This document shows, piece after piece, positions 39,525 to 54,207 of a stretch of 64,000 nt of DNA (positions are counted from its first letter, which is position 1; each line of letters opens with the position of its first letter). Both the position numbers and the translations under genes were made by a program. The DNA is from Octopus vulgaris (lineage: Eukaryota). A model generated the notes under the pieces. That model did no database searches. It worked only from the letters and a program-made list of their open reading frames with translations, and was not told where the DNA came from. The stretch spans positions 70,308,001 to 70,372,000 of the forward strand of contig OX597825.1 in NCBI GenBank assembly GCA_951406725.2. Reading direction: 5' to 3'.

Positions 39525-40314
39525 CCTTACGTGCCACCTGGCACGAAGTGTAACGAAGATAATGAAATAAAAAATACAGGTAGTGAGACTAATCCATTAG
39601 AGGAATTTATTGAAATATTCCTGGATCTTGAGAGAAATGCATGGCTCAAACAAATATAACTTCCTTTGTAAATTGAATTACAATGAGCGTAAACAAACAA
39701 ACAAACGAAGTTTGCTTTGGGAGAGTTGAGATGTCTTAGAAAGTTAAAGAAGTGATTTTAAATTCTCAAACGCAGGATAATGCTAATAATATAGCCTGGA
39801 CAGGATAAGCTACCCTTATTTTGCAGAAAAAAGGGTTAGGGGCCGGCTGGAATTGAAGAGATTGAAGAGATTGAAAATTAGCAGCCAAACAGAAAGGATC
39901 CGAATTATTTTTAAATTACAAGTCTTCTGGGAAATTTAGCTTATATGGCACTCTCGTAATTTTGATGAAATTGTTAAAAATGTTGTGTTCTGCTATGTTT
40001 ACAGTCATAAAATTAATGGACTATAATTTTTCATTAGTAATAAAGTACGATCTAAAAGCTTTTACAGCAATAAATATTGTGAGAAAATAAAGGAAGATAA
40101 CATTTTTCGAAATAAGACTTATATCATTCGCTTTTGGTATCATCATAAGGTAAATTATCTCCCTTCGATTTCTTACAATGCATAGTGTTATGTGAAACAT
40201 TCATATGTTGCATACATCGCTCACTAATATTTCTAACACGCTGCAACTTTTTTTATTTCTTAAAATTGATTATTATTACAAATATATTGAATATATGAAT
40301 GTACAAGTTGCACA

Positions 40315-40578
40315 GTGGAGGTGCGTGGCTTAGTGGTTAGGGTGTCAGCACCATGATCGTAAGATTGTGGTTTCGATTCCTGGACCGGACGACGCGTTGT
40401 GTTCTTGAGCAAAACACTTCATTTCACGTTGCCCCAGTCCACTCAGCTGGCAAAAATGAGTAACGCTGCGATGGACTGGCATCCCGTCCAGCTGGGGAAC
40501 ACATACGCTATAGAAACCGGGAAACCAGGCCCATAAGTCTGGCTAGGCTTTAATAAAAGGGGCGCATTTATTTATTAC
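40315..40578 (+). mobile_element. SINE family D, tail Z (second copy 53576-53838 -)
   Basis: tRNA-like head ggaggtgcgtggcttagtggttaggg; 13-bp TSD tacaagttgcaca. Confidence 0.85.
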
Positions 40579-41017
40579 TACAAGTTGCACAAGCACTCTT
40601 CGAGATTTATTCCCCAAAACTCCGAGGTAACCAGACTATTTTAGTGAGTGCGTGATTGGGTGGAGACGATAAAGGTACTGTAAGTCTACGGTAGCTTTCA
40701 TACATAGTGACTAAAAGCCTGTTCCAAATAAGACTAACTTGAGGCTAAACAACAAAATCGGCAACTACTGAACTTCACATACATACACAAGGTTAAATAA
40801 ATACATGAACATGTGAGTATACCTATCCTCTTCTGTATTGTAAGAAAGTTTGGAGTAAGGTATTAAGAGATAAACACTGTAGTAACAAGATTAGTAAACG
40901 GTATGATAAGATGAAATTCGATAATGTTAAAGTATGTATATGCCACACCCAATAAGTAAAATAGCCAGTAGGGGACGGAAAATCCGTACTAGCAATTAAT
41001 TTCACTATCAAGGTCGT

Positions 41018-41705
41018 AAGGAAGACAGCGAGCTGGCAAATTTGTTAACATGTCGGGTGAAATGCTTAGAAACGTTAGCACGCCGGGCGAAATGCTTATT
41101 AGTATTTCGTCTGCCGTAAGGCGGCGAGCTGGCAGAAACGTTAGCACGTCGGACGAATTGCGTAGCCGTATTTCGTCTGCCGTTACGTTCTGAGTTCGAA
41201 TTCCGCCGAGGTCGACTTTGCCTTTCATCCTTTCGGGGTCGATAAATTAAGCACCAGTTACGCACTGGTGTCGATGTAATCGACTTAATACCTATGTCTG
41301 TCCTTGTTTGTCCCCTCTATGTTTAGCCCCTTGTAGGTAACAAAGAAATAGGTATTTCGTCTGCCTCTACGTTCTGAGTTCAAATTCCGCCGAGGTCGAC
41401 TTTGCCTTTCATTCCTTCGGGGTCGATTAAATAAGCACCAGTTACACACTGGGGTCGAAATAATCGACTTAGTCCGTCTGTCTGCCCTTGTTTGTCTCCT
41501 CTGTGTTTAGTCCCTTGTGGGTAGTAAAGAAATAGGTATTTCGGCCATCTTTACGTTCTGAGTTTTAATTCCGCTGAGGTCAAATTTACCTTTAAACCCT
41601 TTCGGGACTTAATAAAATAAGTACCAGTTGAACACTGGGGTCAATTTAATCGACTTAGCCCCTGCTCCAAACCTGCTGGCCTTGTACCAAAAATTTGAAC
41701 CCAGT
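41018..41705 (+). mobile_element. Nested/tandem SINE B cluster
   Basis: Repeated heads and three cores. Confidence 0.8.
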
Positions 41706-42230
41706 ATTAAAGTTGTAAGGGGGACGGGTAGGTGGTGAACCGGAAGTGTTACTACATATCGGATAAACATGTGTTATGGTACTTATTCCGAATCTCTGCG
41801 CACTGAGTTCAAATCCTGCCAAGATCATCTTTGCTTTTTATCCTTCTACGGTCGATAGATATAATACAAGTCGAATACTAAATTCACTTCTTTTCCACAC
41901 CCTCCCACTCACTGTCACCTCCCCCCGTCCTTTCTCTCTAACTGTTAAAATGTAGTTCTTGAAAGAGTGTTATATATATATATAAGGCCAATGACCCCGG
42001 GCGAGAAGAAGTCTGTTGGACTAGAACAAGGGTAGATTTGAGGGCGATTTAAAAGATAAGTTATGGCAGAGTAAAAATGGCGGTGATTAGGAGAGGTCAT
42101 AAAAACTATTAAGAGAAAAAGGAGATAAAAGATAAATGAATCGGCCGTAGGGTGAAAGAAAATTAAAAACAGATAATTAAGTAATAAAAAAATCTCTGAA
42201 CGAGATGTAAACAGTAACTGCACGACAATG

Positions 42231-42571
42231 TGAGGTATACTTGCCATCTCAATATGGCTAACCACTAAGGGTGGGTGTTACTGTAGCTTGTAGCGCCAGG
42301 AGAACATCGTCTCCAGCTGGCTTTAGGCACACTTTCTGTGCCCTTATGGTATTTGCAAAACGGACTGCAATTTCTAGGGTCAATACCGAGAAACTGCAGT
42401 CCGTGCGTATCACTTAGGTTGACGAGGGAGGGATGACACTTCTTTGCAAATACCATAAGGGCACAGAAAGTGTGCCTAAAGCCAGCTGGAGACGATGTTC
42501 TCCTGGGGCTACAAGCTACAGTAACACCCACCCTTAGTGGTTAGCCATATTGAGATGGCTAGTATACCTCA
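42231..42571. mobile_element. Fold-back element, ~129-bp near-perfect arms, with HHR 3' half in the spacer
   Basis: 42231-42359 / 42443-42571; GAAA-ctgcag-TC at 42390-42401 plus its own inverted copy at 42360-42375. Confidence 0.85.
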
Positions 42572-42663
42572 GATAATAAAGTAAAAAGTAAAAATGCAAA
42601 TGAGAACACAAGGAACAATATACGAGTCGATTCAGAGAAGGGTCGGGGTATTAAAATTCCTAT

Positions 42664-43753
42664 AGGTGCAGGAGTGGCTGTGTGAAGGGGATTAATACCT
42701 ATTTCTTTTTCTTTATTGCCCACAAGGGGCTAAACACAGAGAGGACAAACAAGGACAGACATAGGTATTAAGTCGATTACATCGACCCCAGTGCGTAACT
42801 GGTACTTAATTCATCGACCCCGAAAGGATGAAAGGCAACGTTGACCTCGGCGGAATTTGAACTCCGAACGTAACGGCAGACGAAATACCTATTTCTTTAC
42901 TACCCACAAGGGGCTAAACACAGAGAGGACAAACAAGGACAGACATAGGTATTAAGTCGATTACATCGACCCCAGTGCGTAACTGGTACTTAATTTATCG
43001 ACCCCGAAAGGATGAAAGGCAAAGTCGACCTCGGCGGAATTTGAACTCACAACGTAGCAGAGGATTAATACCTCATTCAGTATTTTTTGTAAAAAAAAGA
43101 ACAATGTTTTAGAGAAGCAAAAGTCGGCAGGCGCTTTTCGTCTTCTCTCATCCTCATAAACAACAAGACTCCGCCGGTTACGACGACGAGGGTCCCAGCT
43201 GGTACGATCAACGGAACAGCTTGCTCGTGAAATTAACGTGCAAATGGCTGAGCATTCCACAGACACGTGTACCCTTAACGTAGTTCTCGGGGATAATCAG
43301 CGTGACACAGAGAGTGACAAGGCTGACCCTTTGAAATACAAGTACAACTCATTTTTGCCAGCTGAGTGGACTGGAGCAACGTGAAATAAAGTGTCTTGCT
43401 CAAGGACACAACGCGTCGCCGGGAATCGAACTCACAACCTTACGATCATGAGTCGAATGCCCTAACCACTAAGCCACGCGCCCTCACTCTCATCCTCATA
43501 ATCCTTGTATCATTATCATTCACCTCATTAATGTCCGTGTCCAGCCCGCAAGCTACCTTACTCTATGTACTGCCTTTATGGCAAATTTGATAAAATAAGA
43601 GTAGATTGCTTACGAACCACATGGTTCTGGGTTCAGTCCCACTGCGCGGCACCTTGGGCAAGTGTTTTTTTACTATAGCCTCGGACCGACCAAAACCTTG
43701 TGAGTGGATTTGGTAGACGGAAACTGAAAGAGGCCCGTCGTATATATGTATAA

Positions 43754-43798
<45 letters not shown>

Positions 43799-44160
43799 TG
43801 TGTGTCTGTGTCTGTGTTTGTCCTCCCAATATCACTTGACAACCGATGCTGGTGTGTTTACGTCCCTTTTACTCTTTTACTTGTTTCAGTCATTTGAATG
43901 TGGCTATGCTGGAGCACCGCCGTTAGTCGAGCAAATCGACACCAGGGCTTATTCTTTGTAAGCCTAGTACTTATTCTATCGCTTGACAACCGATGCTGGT
44001 GTGCTTACGTCTCCGTAACTTAGCGGTTCAGCAAAAGACACCGATAGAATAAGTACTAGGCTTACAAAGAATAAGTCCTGGGGGTCGATTTGCTCGACTA
44101 ACGGCGGTGCTCCAGCATGGCCACAGTCAAATGACTGAAACAAGTAAAAGAATAAAAAAG
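42664..44160 (+). mobile_element. Nested composite: SINE A > retroposon 3' fragment > SINE B (42700-43060, -) and SINE D/tail Y (43160-43486, -)
   Basis: TSDs ggattaatacct and ctctcatcctcataa; SINE A head resumes at ~43600. Confidence 0.8.
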
Positions 44161-44344
44161 AGACAAGAAATTAGACAAGAAAGAAAATAGACGAGGAAGA
44201 AGAAGAAGAAGAAGAAGAAGAAGAAGAAGAAGAAGAAGAAGAAGAAGAAGAAGAAAGAAACCAATGATAAATAAGGAGGATGAGGAGGAAAATATACGGG
44301 GGGAAGAAGAGGGTGAGGAGAACAGAGAAGCAAATGACGAGGAA

Positions 44345-44388
<44 letters not shown>

Positions 44389-44728
44389 GGGAGAAGGGGT
44401 GTAGAATGCAAAATAAACGAAGCAGCTAAGTTTCCTTCCACTTATAAACCCCCCTCCCCCTACATCGTCTCAAACTGTTTAGAAAAGATATAAGAAGTGG
44501 GTAGGATAAGAAAGAGATAGATAGATAGATAGAGAGAGAGAGAGGTGGGGAGAGAGAGAAGCATCGTGGGAGTGGAAAGAATGATGCAAAGAAGGAGGGA
44601 GTGAGAGAGTACTATAGCGAGCGAGTGAGTGAGTGAGCAAGGAGAGAGAGAGAGAATGAGAGGTGCGGTATGTAATCACTGAATAACTGTTGCTTGACTT
44701 CACTCACTTACTCACCGTCACCACCACT

Positions 44729-44785
<57 letters not shown>

Positions 44786-44797
44786 GCCGCCGCCACC

Positions 44798-44878
<81 letters not shown>

Positions 44879-47285
44879 GTTGCTGCCACTGCTGCTGCTG
44901 CTACGACTATGGCGACGACGACGGCTACTACTACTACTACTACTAGTTCTGCTAGAAATAACAGTCAAATCTTCCCTTATATCACACTCTGTCAATGGAG
45001 AAAGCGTGTATAGCAACATTGGATATATACTATTATTGAAAGAAGTGGTCTACTCGATCAGGACTGACTAGGACACCAACACCAACATCAACTACTACTA
45101 CTACTACTACTACTACGACTACGACTACTACTACTACGACTACGACTACTACGACTACGACTACTACCGTTATCGCTTCTACTAGTATAAGGCGATGACG
45201 GCTACTTGTAGTTAAGAGAGCCTTGAAGTGGTCTCTCATCCGGCTAGAAATAGTAGCCCAAAATCTCCCTTATTGTACGGTCTGTCGAGAGAGAGAGAGA
45301 AAATGGGAGAAGGATATTGGATGATATAGTCCAAGATACACTATGCATGAAAGAAAAAGGAGAAAAAAGAAAGAAAACAAGCGAACGGGATAGTCGAGGC
45401 TAGAGCGCCTCTGATCAGTGGCTTTTTCTCAATTTCGATCAGGGCTGAACGCAAGCGAAACATCGCCTCCACCACCACCGCAAATCATAGTACCACCACC
45501 ACCACCAGCAACAACAACAGGAACACTACTACTGTTACTACTACCCCAACCTGCTATTATGTTGCCGGATGACAACTTCCACTAACATTCTTTAAGACTG
45601 GTCCCACACTCATACATCGTTGGTTTACACATACATACACAGAGACAGGGAATACATAGTCACATATATATGAATATATTTATATACATAGATACACACT
45701 TCATGGCACATACATCAACGTAAGCCGGAAAATCTTACACACACATTTTTACACACGCATTGAGACACACACTGTTTTAAGTTTCTTTAAAACAAACTAT
45801 CACCATGCGGACGTATATATATCAGGTCTGACAATACATATATATTTTTTTTTTGTGTGTGAACTTCTAAATGAGAAGAATGTAAACGAAGGATGTCTAC
45901 AAATAATAACAACAATATTGACGATATACAAAGTTTTTCTCATCGTCGCTATTGTTATTATTTTTTTCCTCCTGTGTTTTCTGCTCCTACGACAAGAAAG
46001 CGCGTCCTGAACACAAAAAGTTTTATCGATATTCAAGGATTATAAAAGAAAATATCGCTGATTCCTTAATTGATGTTACCGTGGAAATAGGTTTAAAATT
46101 TGTATTCAAACTTCATTTACGATATTTCACGCTTATAATAATATATTTAAATAAATGCACACAAAGAAACACATATATATATATTTATAGGCATACACAT
46201 GTAATATATGCATATATATTTATATATTATGTATGTACATATTTGATTGAAGGCCTTGCATGTATATAAGCGTGTTTGTGTGTATGTATATATGTATGTG
46301 TGTGTATAATTGAACGTATGATTTATAATAATAATAATAATATACATAATTATATTATGTATTCTAGATTAATGAGTGTGAACTTGACAATGTAAAAATT
46401 AGTTTCTGATTGAAATATTTACGCATACACATATACAGACAGACATATATACATTCATACATACCCACGTATATGCATACACACATACATAACACATGAA
46501 ATTTTATATAAGTCTGCGTCCACGCCTGAGTATGTATATATATATATATTTAATATGATATAATATAATGCATATTATAGATAATATACATACTTGCTTA
46601 TGTTAGCACATTGACAAAATGGAATTTCTTGTGATTCACTTTACCATATTGGAGGGAATACTCTTAACCAAACTCTGAAGAAATCAATAACCAAAATATT
46701 TATTGGATGTGTACAACACGTGGAATTTTACACTGCTTATCAACAAAAATAGGGGAATTATGACGTAAGTATGAAGAAGATACCTTTTTTATTATTTTAT
46801 TTTCTATCCTATTTTTCTTTTGTTTTCATTTATGTACCTATTTACATAATCCTGACAGAGGTTGGGAAACTCGCTTCCCAGCCATGCGGTTCTTGGTTCA
46901 ATTCCACTGCTCGGCATTTCGGGCAAGTGTCGTCGCGGCTGTAGATAACCCTGGGCCTTGTGAATGGATTTGGTCGGCGAAAACTGAAAGAAGCCCATCG
47001 TGTATTTATGTGTGTGTATGTATTTTTGTTTGTCCCTACCCACCACCACCAACACTTGACAACCGGGGCTGGCTTGTTTACGTTCCTGTATCAGAAGCGG
47101 TCCAGCAATAGAGGTAGTATTTCGGTATTAGTATATGACGTCAGTCATGGTTGAGTGTGTGTGTTTGACTGTTAAGTTCTGTCGAGTAGAGAAAATAAGA
47201 AAAACACGTTACACACACACACACACATGATGTCATATACTTTTTCCGAAAGATTGCCGCGCGAAAGAGACCGATTGACTCAATA

Positions 47286-47689
47286 CTCTTTTACTTGTTT
47301 CAGTCATTTGACTGTGGCCATGCTGGAGCACCGCCTTTTAGTCGAGCAAATCGACCCCAGGACTTATTCTTTGTAAGCCTAATACTTATTCTATCGGTCT
47401 CTTTTGCCGAACCGCTAAGTTACGAGGACGTAAACACACCAGCATCGATTGTCAAGCGATGTTGGAGGGGGGACAAACACAGACACACAAACACATTCAT
47501 ACATATATACATATATACATATATACGACGGGCTTCTTTCAGTTTCCGTCTACCAAATTCACTCACAAGGCTTTGGTCGGCCCGAGGCTATAGTAGAAGA
47601 CACTTGCCCAAGGTGCCACGCAGTGGGACTGAACCTGGAACCATGTGGTTCGTAAGCAAGCTACTTACCACACAACCACTCCCACGCCT
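47286..47689 (-). mobile_element. SINE family A
   Basis: Full-length match. Confidence 0.85.
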
Positions 47690-48778
47690 ATAGAAACTTA
47701 TTTTTTAAAAAAACAAATCACGGGGCTGATTTGTTCGACAAAATCCTTTAAGGTGGTGTCCCATTATGGCCGCTTGCCATTGACTTTGAAAGAAGGAAAA
47801 GATTTTTTTTTATTTATGAGTAAATTTCGTGGAAAAATTCTCACTCCCCCACTTTTTTCTTTTTAGCGGCGTCGCCCTTGTTTATTGTTGTTGTTCTTGC
47901 TGTTTTGTCATCGCTGTTGTTGTTGTTGTTGTTTTTTTGTTGTCATCGCTGCTGCTGCTGTTTCCTATCTGTGTTCTTGTTTTGACATTCTTAATGCTCG
48001 ATGTTTTAGCCTAGCTATATCTGTTTACACACGCACGAGCACACACACACACACACACACATACAGAGAAACACATACTCACATACACACACACATACAC
48101 ACACACTCACGCCACACACATACACACACACATACACACACACAGACACACACACACAGAAACACATGAACACATACTCACATACACACACACACACACA
48201 GAAACACATATTCACATACACACACACATACACACACACTCACACACACATACACACACATACACACACACAGACACATACACACACAGAGAAACACATG
48301 AGCACATACTCACATACACACACACGCAGAGAAACACACGAACATATACTCACACACATACAACCAGATACACGCACACACAGAAACATATACACACAGA
48401 AAACACACACACCACACACACACATATATATATAAGTACAGACACATGATGTGCGTGTGCATATATGTACATATATCTCCCTCTCTCTTTCTCTCACACA
48501 CACGCACATACGCGCGCAAACACGCATGCACAAACACACACACACATACACACACGCATGTACAAACACATTAAGGATTAATATCTTTTTTTTTACTTCA
48601 GTCATTAGACTGCGGCCATGCTGGGGCAGCGCCGTGGTGAATTTTTAGTCGAATGAATCAACCCTGGTGCATATTTTTTGTTAAGCATGGTACTTAATAT
48701 ATCGGTTTCTCTTGCCAATCCGATAAGCTATAGGGACGTAAACCCACCAACACCGGTTGGCAAGCGGAGTGGGACATA

Positions 48779-48865
<87 letters not shown>

Positions 48866-49281
48866 AAAAAATATATATAAAAATACAAAATGGGTCAAGA
48901 ACGCAAAACACTCAAACAGACGACACAAAAAACGGACGGGTCATTCAAAGCCTCTAATCTTCAGTCAAGAACCGGATCATCCTCGCAATTTCGGCTGATT
49001 AATCTTGAGATCACTCCGATCCGGCCAGCCCCAAGGAAAAACTAAGCATTAGATTTCTTGGAAAAAGGATCAAATGTATACGAAACAAGGACAGAAAAAC
49101 GGACGATGCCTCACGAATATAAATACAAAAAACAATAATAGTAATAACAGGACACGACGGGCTTCATTCAGTTTCCGTCTACCAAATTCAATCTCAAGGA
49201 TTTGGTCGACCCGAGGCTATAGTAGAAGACACTTGACCAAGGTGCCGGGACTGAACCCGGAACCAGAGTAAGCACAGCCAG

Positions 49282-49323
49282 AACTGTCTTTCGAACGGGA
49301 ACGTGAAACTCTGAGTAACAGTC
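49282..49323 (+). ncRNA. Degenerate copy of the 14231-type hammerhead
   Basis: actgt-CTTTCGA-acg-ggaa-cgt-GAAA-ctctgag-TA-acagt; core mutated. Confidence 0.5.
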
Positions 49324-49360
49324 TTTGTAATGTCTTTGCAGCTTTATTAATAAAGTAATA

Positions 49361-49914
49361 TAGGAGTGGCTGTGTGGTAAGCAGCTTGCTAACCAACCAC
49401 ATGGTTCTGGGTTCAGTCCCACTGCGTGGCATCTTGGGCAAGTGTCTTCTGCTATAGCCCTGGGCCGACCAATGCCTTGTGAGTGGATTTGGTAGACGGA
49501 AACTGAAAGAAGCCTGTCGTATATATGCATATATGTATATGTATGTGTGTCTGTGTTTGTCCCCCTAGCATTGCTTGACAACCGATGTTGGTGTGTGTTT
49601 ACGTCCCCGTCACTTAGCGGTTCGGCAAAAGAGACCGATAGAATAAGTACTGGGCTTACAAAGAATAAGTCCCGGGGTCGATTTGCTCGTATGCGTTTAT
49701 GTATGTATGTATGTATGTATGTATATACATACATTTAGGAGTGGCTGTGTGGTAAATAGCTTGCTTACCAACCACATGGTTCCGGGTTCAGTCCCACTGC
49801 GTAGCACGTTGGGCAAGTGTCTTCTACTATAGCCTCGGGCCGACCAAAGCCTTGTGAGTGAATTTGGTAGACGGAAACTGAAAGAAGCCCGTCGTATATA
49901 TGTATATGTATGTA

Positions 49915-49945
<31 letters not shown>

Positions 49946-50133
49946 TTGTCCCTCCAACATCGCTTGACAACTGATGCTGGTGTGTTTACGTCTCCATAAC
50001 CCAGCGGTTCGGCAAAAGAGTCCGACGGAATAAGTACTGGGCTTACAAAGAATAAGTCCTGGGGTCGATTTGCTCGACTAAAGGCGGTGCTCCAGCATGG
50101 CCGCAGTCAAATGACTGAAACAAGTAAAAGAGA
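49361..50133 (+). mobile_element. Two tandem SINE A copies (49361-49688, 49737-50133)
   Basis: Match family consensus. Confidence 0.85.
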
Positions 50134-50418
50134 GTATGTATTTATATGTGTGTATATGTGTGTATGTATGTATGTATGTTTACGTATTTCTGTGTCATTC
50201 CTTATACATAATACACATGCCAAAATTGTTGCTATGTAGGAAGGGCAGAAAACAATGCATATTCTAAATATACATACATATACTCACAGTTTCACAGTGA
50301 GGTGAATAAAATCAAAATAAGCAACAGGATATTTTGATTTTATTCACCATATTTTGAAACTGTACGGATTATTCCGCACTAATTTTTGGCACCTAATTCG
50401 TCTGATTCTCAGTTATTT

Positions 50419-51089
50419 GGTATTCTTTCGATATAACTCGACAAAATCAAAACATTTCACTAATGGTATTTCCGTGGAAGCAAATGACAGTTCGACTCTG
50501 TTTTCTGCTTGGAAATTTGCGGATTTTACATGATGGAAGCACTCCGTCGGTTCCGACGACGAGGGTTCCGGTTGATCCGAATCAACGGAACAGCCTGCTC
50601 GTGAAATTAACGTGTAAGTGGCTGAGCACTCCACAGACACGTGTATCCTTAACGTAGTTCTCGGGGATATTCAGCGTGACGCAGAGAGTGACAAGGCCGG
50701 CCCTTTGAAATACAGGTACAACAGAAACAGGAAGTAAGAGAGAGAGAGAGAGAGTTGTGGTGAAAGAGTACAGCAGGGACCACCACCATCCCCCGCCGGA
50801 GCCTCGTGGAGCTTTTTAGGTGTTTTCGCTCAATAAACACTCACAACGCCCGGTCTGGGAATCGAAACCGCGACTCCGCTGCCCTAACCACTGGGCCACT
50901 GGGCCATTGCGCCTCCACGGATTTTACATACACAAACGAAACAGATAAGAACAAATATGTAAGGCTTATTTTCTTCAAGTTTCAAATGAGACATTGCTGG
51001 CACCGTTTCGTTATATCTATACTCCACAACCCACGGAAATACCCCAAGTGAAATGTTTTGGTTTTGTCGAGTTATATCGAATGAATGCC
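50419..51089. mobile_element. MITE with ~60-bp TIRs and 8-bp TSD (Merlin-like), containing SINE C/tail Y (50532-50917, -)
   Basis: TSD agttattt (50411-50418, 51090-51097), GG...CC termini; SINE TSD cggattttacat. Confidence 0.75.
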
Positions 51090-52384
51090 AGTTATTTTAC
51101 ATATGCACACACAAATGCAACTTCCCCACACATACACACATATAGGCACACGTCTATACACATAGATAAATAGCCACAGCATTATACAAACACATGTGAA
51201 GGCGCATGACACAGTGGTTAGAGCGTCGGGCTCACAATCATGAGGCAGTGAGTTCGATTCCCGGACCGGGCTGTGAGTTGTTCTTGAGCACTTTATTTCA
51301 CGTTGCTCCAGTTCACTCAGCTGTAGAAATGAGTTGCGATGTCACTGATGCCAAGCTGCATCAGCCTTTGCCTTGCCCTTGGATAACATCAATGGTGTTA
51401 AGAGGGGTGGCGAGATGGCAGAATCGTTAGCGCGCCGGGCGAAATCCTTAACGTTATTTCGTCTGTCTTTACGTTCTGAGTTCAAATTCCACCGAGGTCA
51501 GTTTTGTCTTTCATCCTTTCGGGATCGATAAATTAAGTACCAGTGATGTACTGGCATCGATGTAGTCGACTAGGCCCTTCCCCCAAATTTCAGGCTTTGT
51601 GCCTATTGTAGAAAGGTGTTAAGAGGGGTGGCTGATATGCATGAGAGATTGCTGGTCTTCCATAAACAACGTTGCCCCAACTTGTGCTTCTGGGCCCCAT
51701 CGTTATTTTGTTTAGTGTTTGTTAGGTTCACGTGACCCTACTCCTAATCCAGCAATCCTAAGACCAAGATCATAGACGTTCCAGCTTTGACCATTCCATC
51801 TCCGGTTTCTTTTTTATCAGTTATCCTGCATTAAGATAATACCATTATTATATAGGGCACTTTGTCGAACCGCTACGTTACGGCGGTGTAAACAAACCAA
51901 CTCCAGTTGTCAATTGATGGAGAGGCAAACACAAAAACACGTACATGTGTTGTTGTTGTTGCTGCTGCTGCCGCCGCTTCTGCTATTGTTGCTCAGCCTC
52001 AAAGTCAAGCTTTGATCAAGTAGACCTATTATAATCAAAGGCATTGCAATTGTGACTACCATCTTTTTTATTTTCTCTGAAGGAGAAGATATGAATCGAG
52101 TGTGGTTTAGCTACCATTTCTAGTAAGTTTAAACATACTGCATATAGACCCTCTCACATCCCATCATTCGTTAGGTGAATATGCATATCTGGCTCTCTTC
52201 TCGAATTTCATCTCTAGTTTCACAACAGAGGGACGATACCTGTAAACATGTTTTTGTTGCTGAATCTAAGGTCAGAGCTGATCCACTTGTCTGCTGACTC
52301 ACAGAAATAGCCGGTGTTACTGCTTAGCCCCGGGTCAGAATGATTTAGCTACTACTTCTAGTAAGTTTAACACACCACATATAC

Positions 52385-52792
52385 ATTTCTTTATTGCCCA
52401 CAGGTGGCTAAACATAGAGGGAACAAACAAGGAAAGACAAAGGGATTAAGTCGATTACATCGACCCCAGTGCGTAACTGGTACTTATTTAATCGACACCG
52501 AAAGGATGAAAGGCAAAGTCGACCTCGGCGGATTTTGAACTCAGAACATAACAGCAGACGAAATACCTATTTCTCTACTACCCACAAGGGGCTAAACACA
52601 GAGAGGACAAACAAGGACAGACAAACGGATAAAGTCGATTACATCAACCCCAGTGTGTAACTGGTATTTAATTTATCGACCCCGAAAAGATGAAAGGCAG
52701 AGTCGACCTCGGCGGAATTTGAACTCAGAACGTAGCGGCAGACGAAATACGGCTACGCATTTCGCCGGGCGTGCTAACGATTCTGCCAGCTC
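52385..52792 (-). mobile_element. SINE family B dimer
   Basis: Matches family consensus. Confidence 0.85.
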
Positions 52793-54117
52793 AATAGGTG
52801 TTCATGTTAGGTGGATCTCAAGTTCGCCTCTCAGATTTCATCTCCAGTTTCACAGTAGAGGGACGATACTTGTAAGCAGTCCTTTACTCCACAAAGAAAA
52901 TCGATATTATTGTCTAACCCCAGGTCAACCATAATCCAGCAGTCCTCTGGCACGTATGTAATCATTATTCAGTCCCAGGTCAACCCTGATCTAGTCACAT
53001 CACATGCTAGTAGTCGTTGTTTAGTCCCCAGATCAATCCTTATCCAGCAGTCCTCCGGTACGAAGGATGTGGGCCGAACATCGAAGGTGCAACACACAAA
53101 TGAAATTTCCATTTATATCTAGCATGTCTCCATCTAACTAAGGACCATATAGCACACTCTGAGATGTATAAATTAATTGTATGGAGTTATACAGTCTGAC
53201 AGTCTGGACATAGCTTGCTCTATTCAAAGGCTGTATTTCATGAAATACTACACACTCCGACATGCGATGATAATTCGTATGGAGTTCAATGTCATATCCT
53301 GGACGTACAGCACTTTCTTCATTGCTCAGCCAATTTATGTTCTACAGTGTAGAGTACAGTCAGCCATCACACGTGAGCGAGTATGACTTGGTACCATGCA
53401 CCGTGCTTTTGTAAATTGTTTCAGATGCATGTGTCGTAGTGAGTAGGCACAGACACCTTTTCAGCCTCACCTCTCATCCATAACCTAGTGATACATCAGG
53501 GATGTGATAGCTGGAAGGAGATAGATAGTGTGTGTGTGTTCTTGAAGCGATGCTTTTGATACTGTTTTATATGTAATAATAAAAATAAATGCGTCCTGTA
53601 AAAGCCTAGCCAGGCTCATGGGCCCGGTTTCCCGGTTTCAATGGCGTATGTGTTCCCCAGCTGGACGAAACGCCAGTCCATCGCAGCGTTGCTCATTTTT
53701 GCCAGCTGAGTGGACTGGAGCAACGTGAAATGAAGTATATTGCTCAAGAACACAACGCGTCGCCCGGTCCAGGAATCGAAACCACAATCTTACGATCATG
53801 GTGCTGACACCCTAACCACTAAGCCACGTGCCTCCACCTTTTATATGTATGTCTGCAAAAAAAAGGCTTCAATTACATTAGTTCCCGTCGTCGTCGTTGT
53901 TGTTGCTGTTGGTGTTATATTGTTGTTGTTGATGTTGTGGGTTTTTAATTACTTCCTTAATCACCGTTCTGAGTTCAAATCCCACCAAAGGTCAACATGC
54001 TTTTGTTGCATTGTTTCTTTTTATTTTCTTATTTCTAAATTCGGTAAAATAATTATCATTCAAGTAGATACTGTCTTAGTGTCATTGTGTATCAAAATAG
54101 AAAAGGATGGTCATCAA

Positions 54118-54145
54118 GTGGTGGTGGTGGTGGTGTAAGGCGGTG

Positions 54146-54207
<62 letters not shown>

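Noticed and set aside
39080-39560. RTE-like 3' end remnants / possible HDV-like ribozyme
   Set aside because: Too decayed to delimit; could not build the double pseudoknot
45860-46045. Short hydrophobic or 50-aa frames in unique sequence
   Set aside because: No splice or homology support
46670-46715. CTGAAGA followed by a hairpin
   Set aside because: No GAAA/UH strand after stem II
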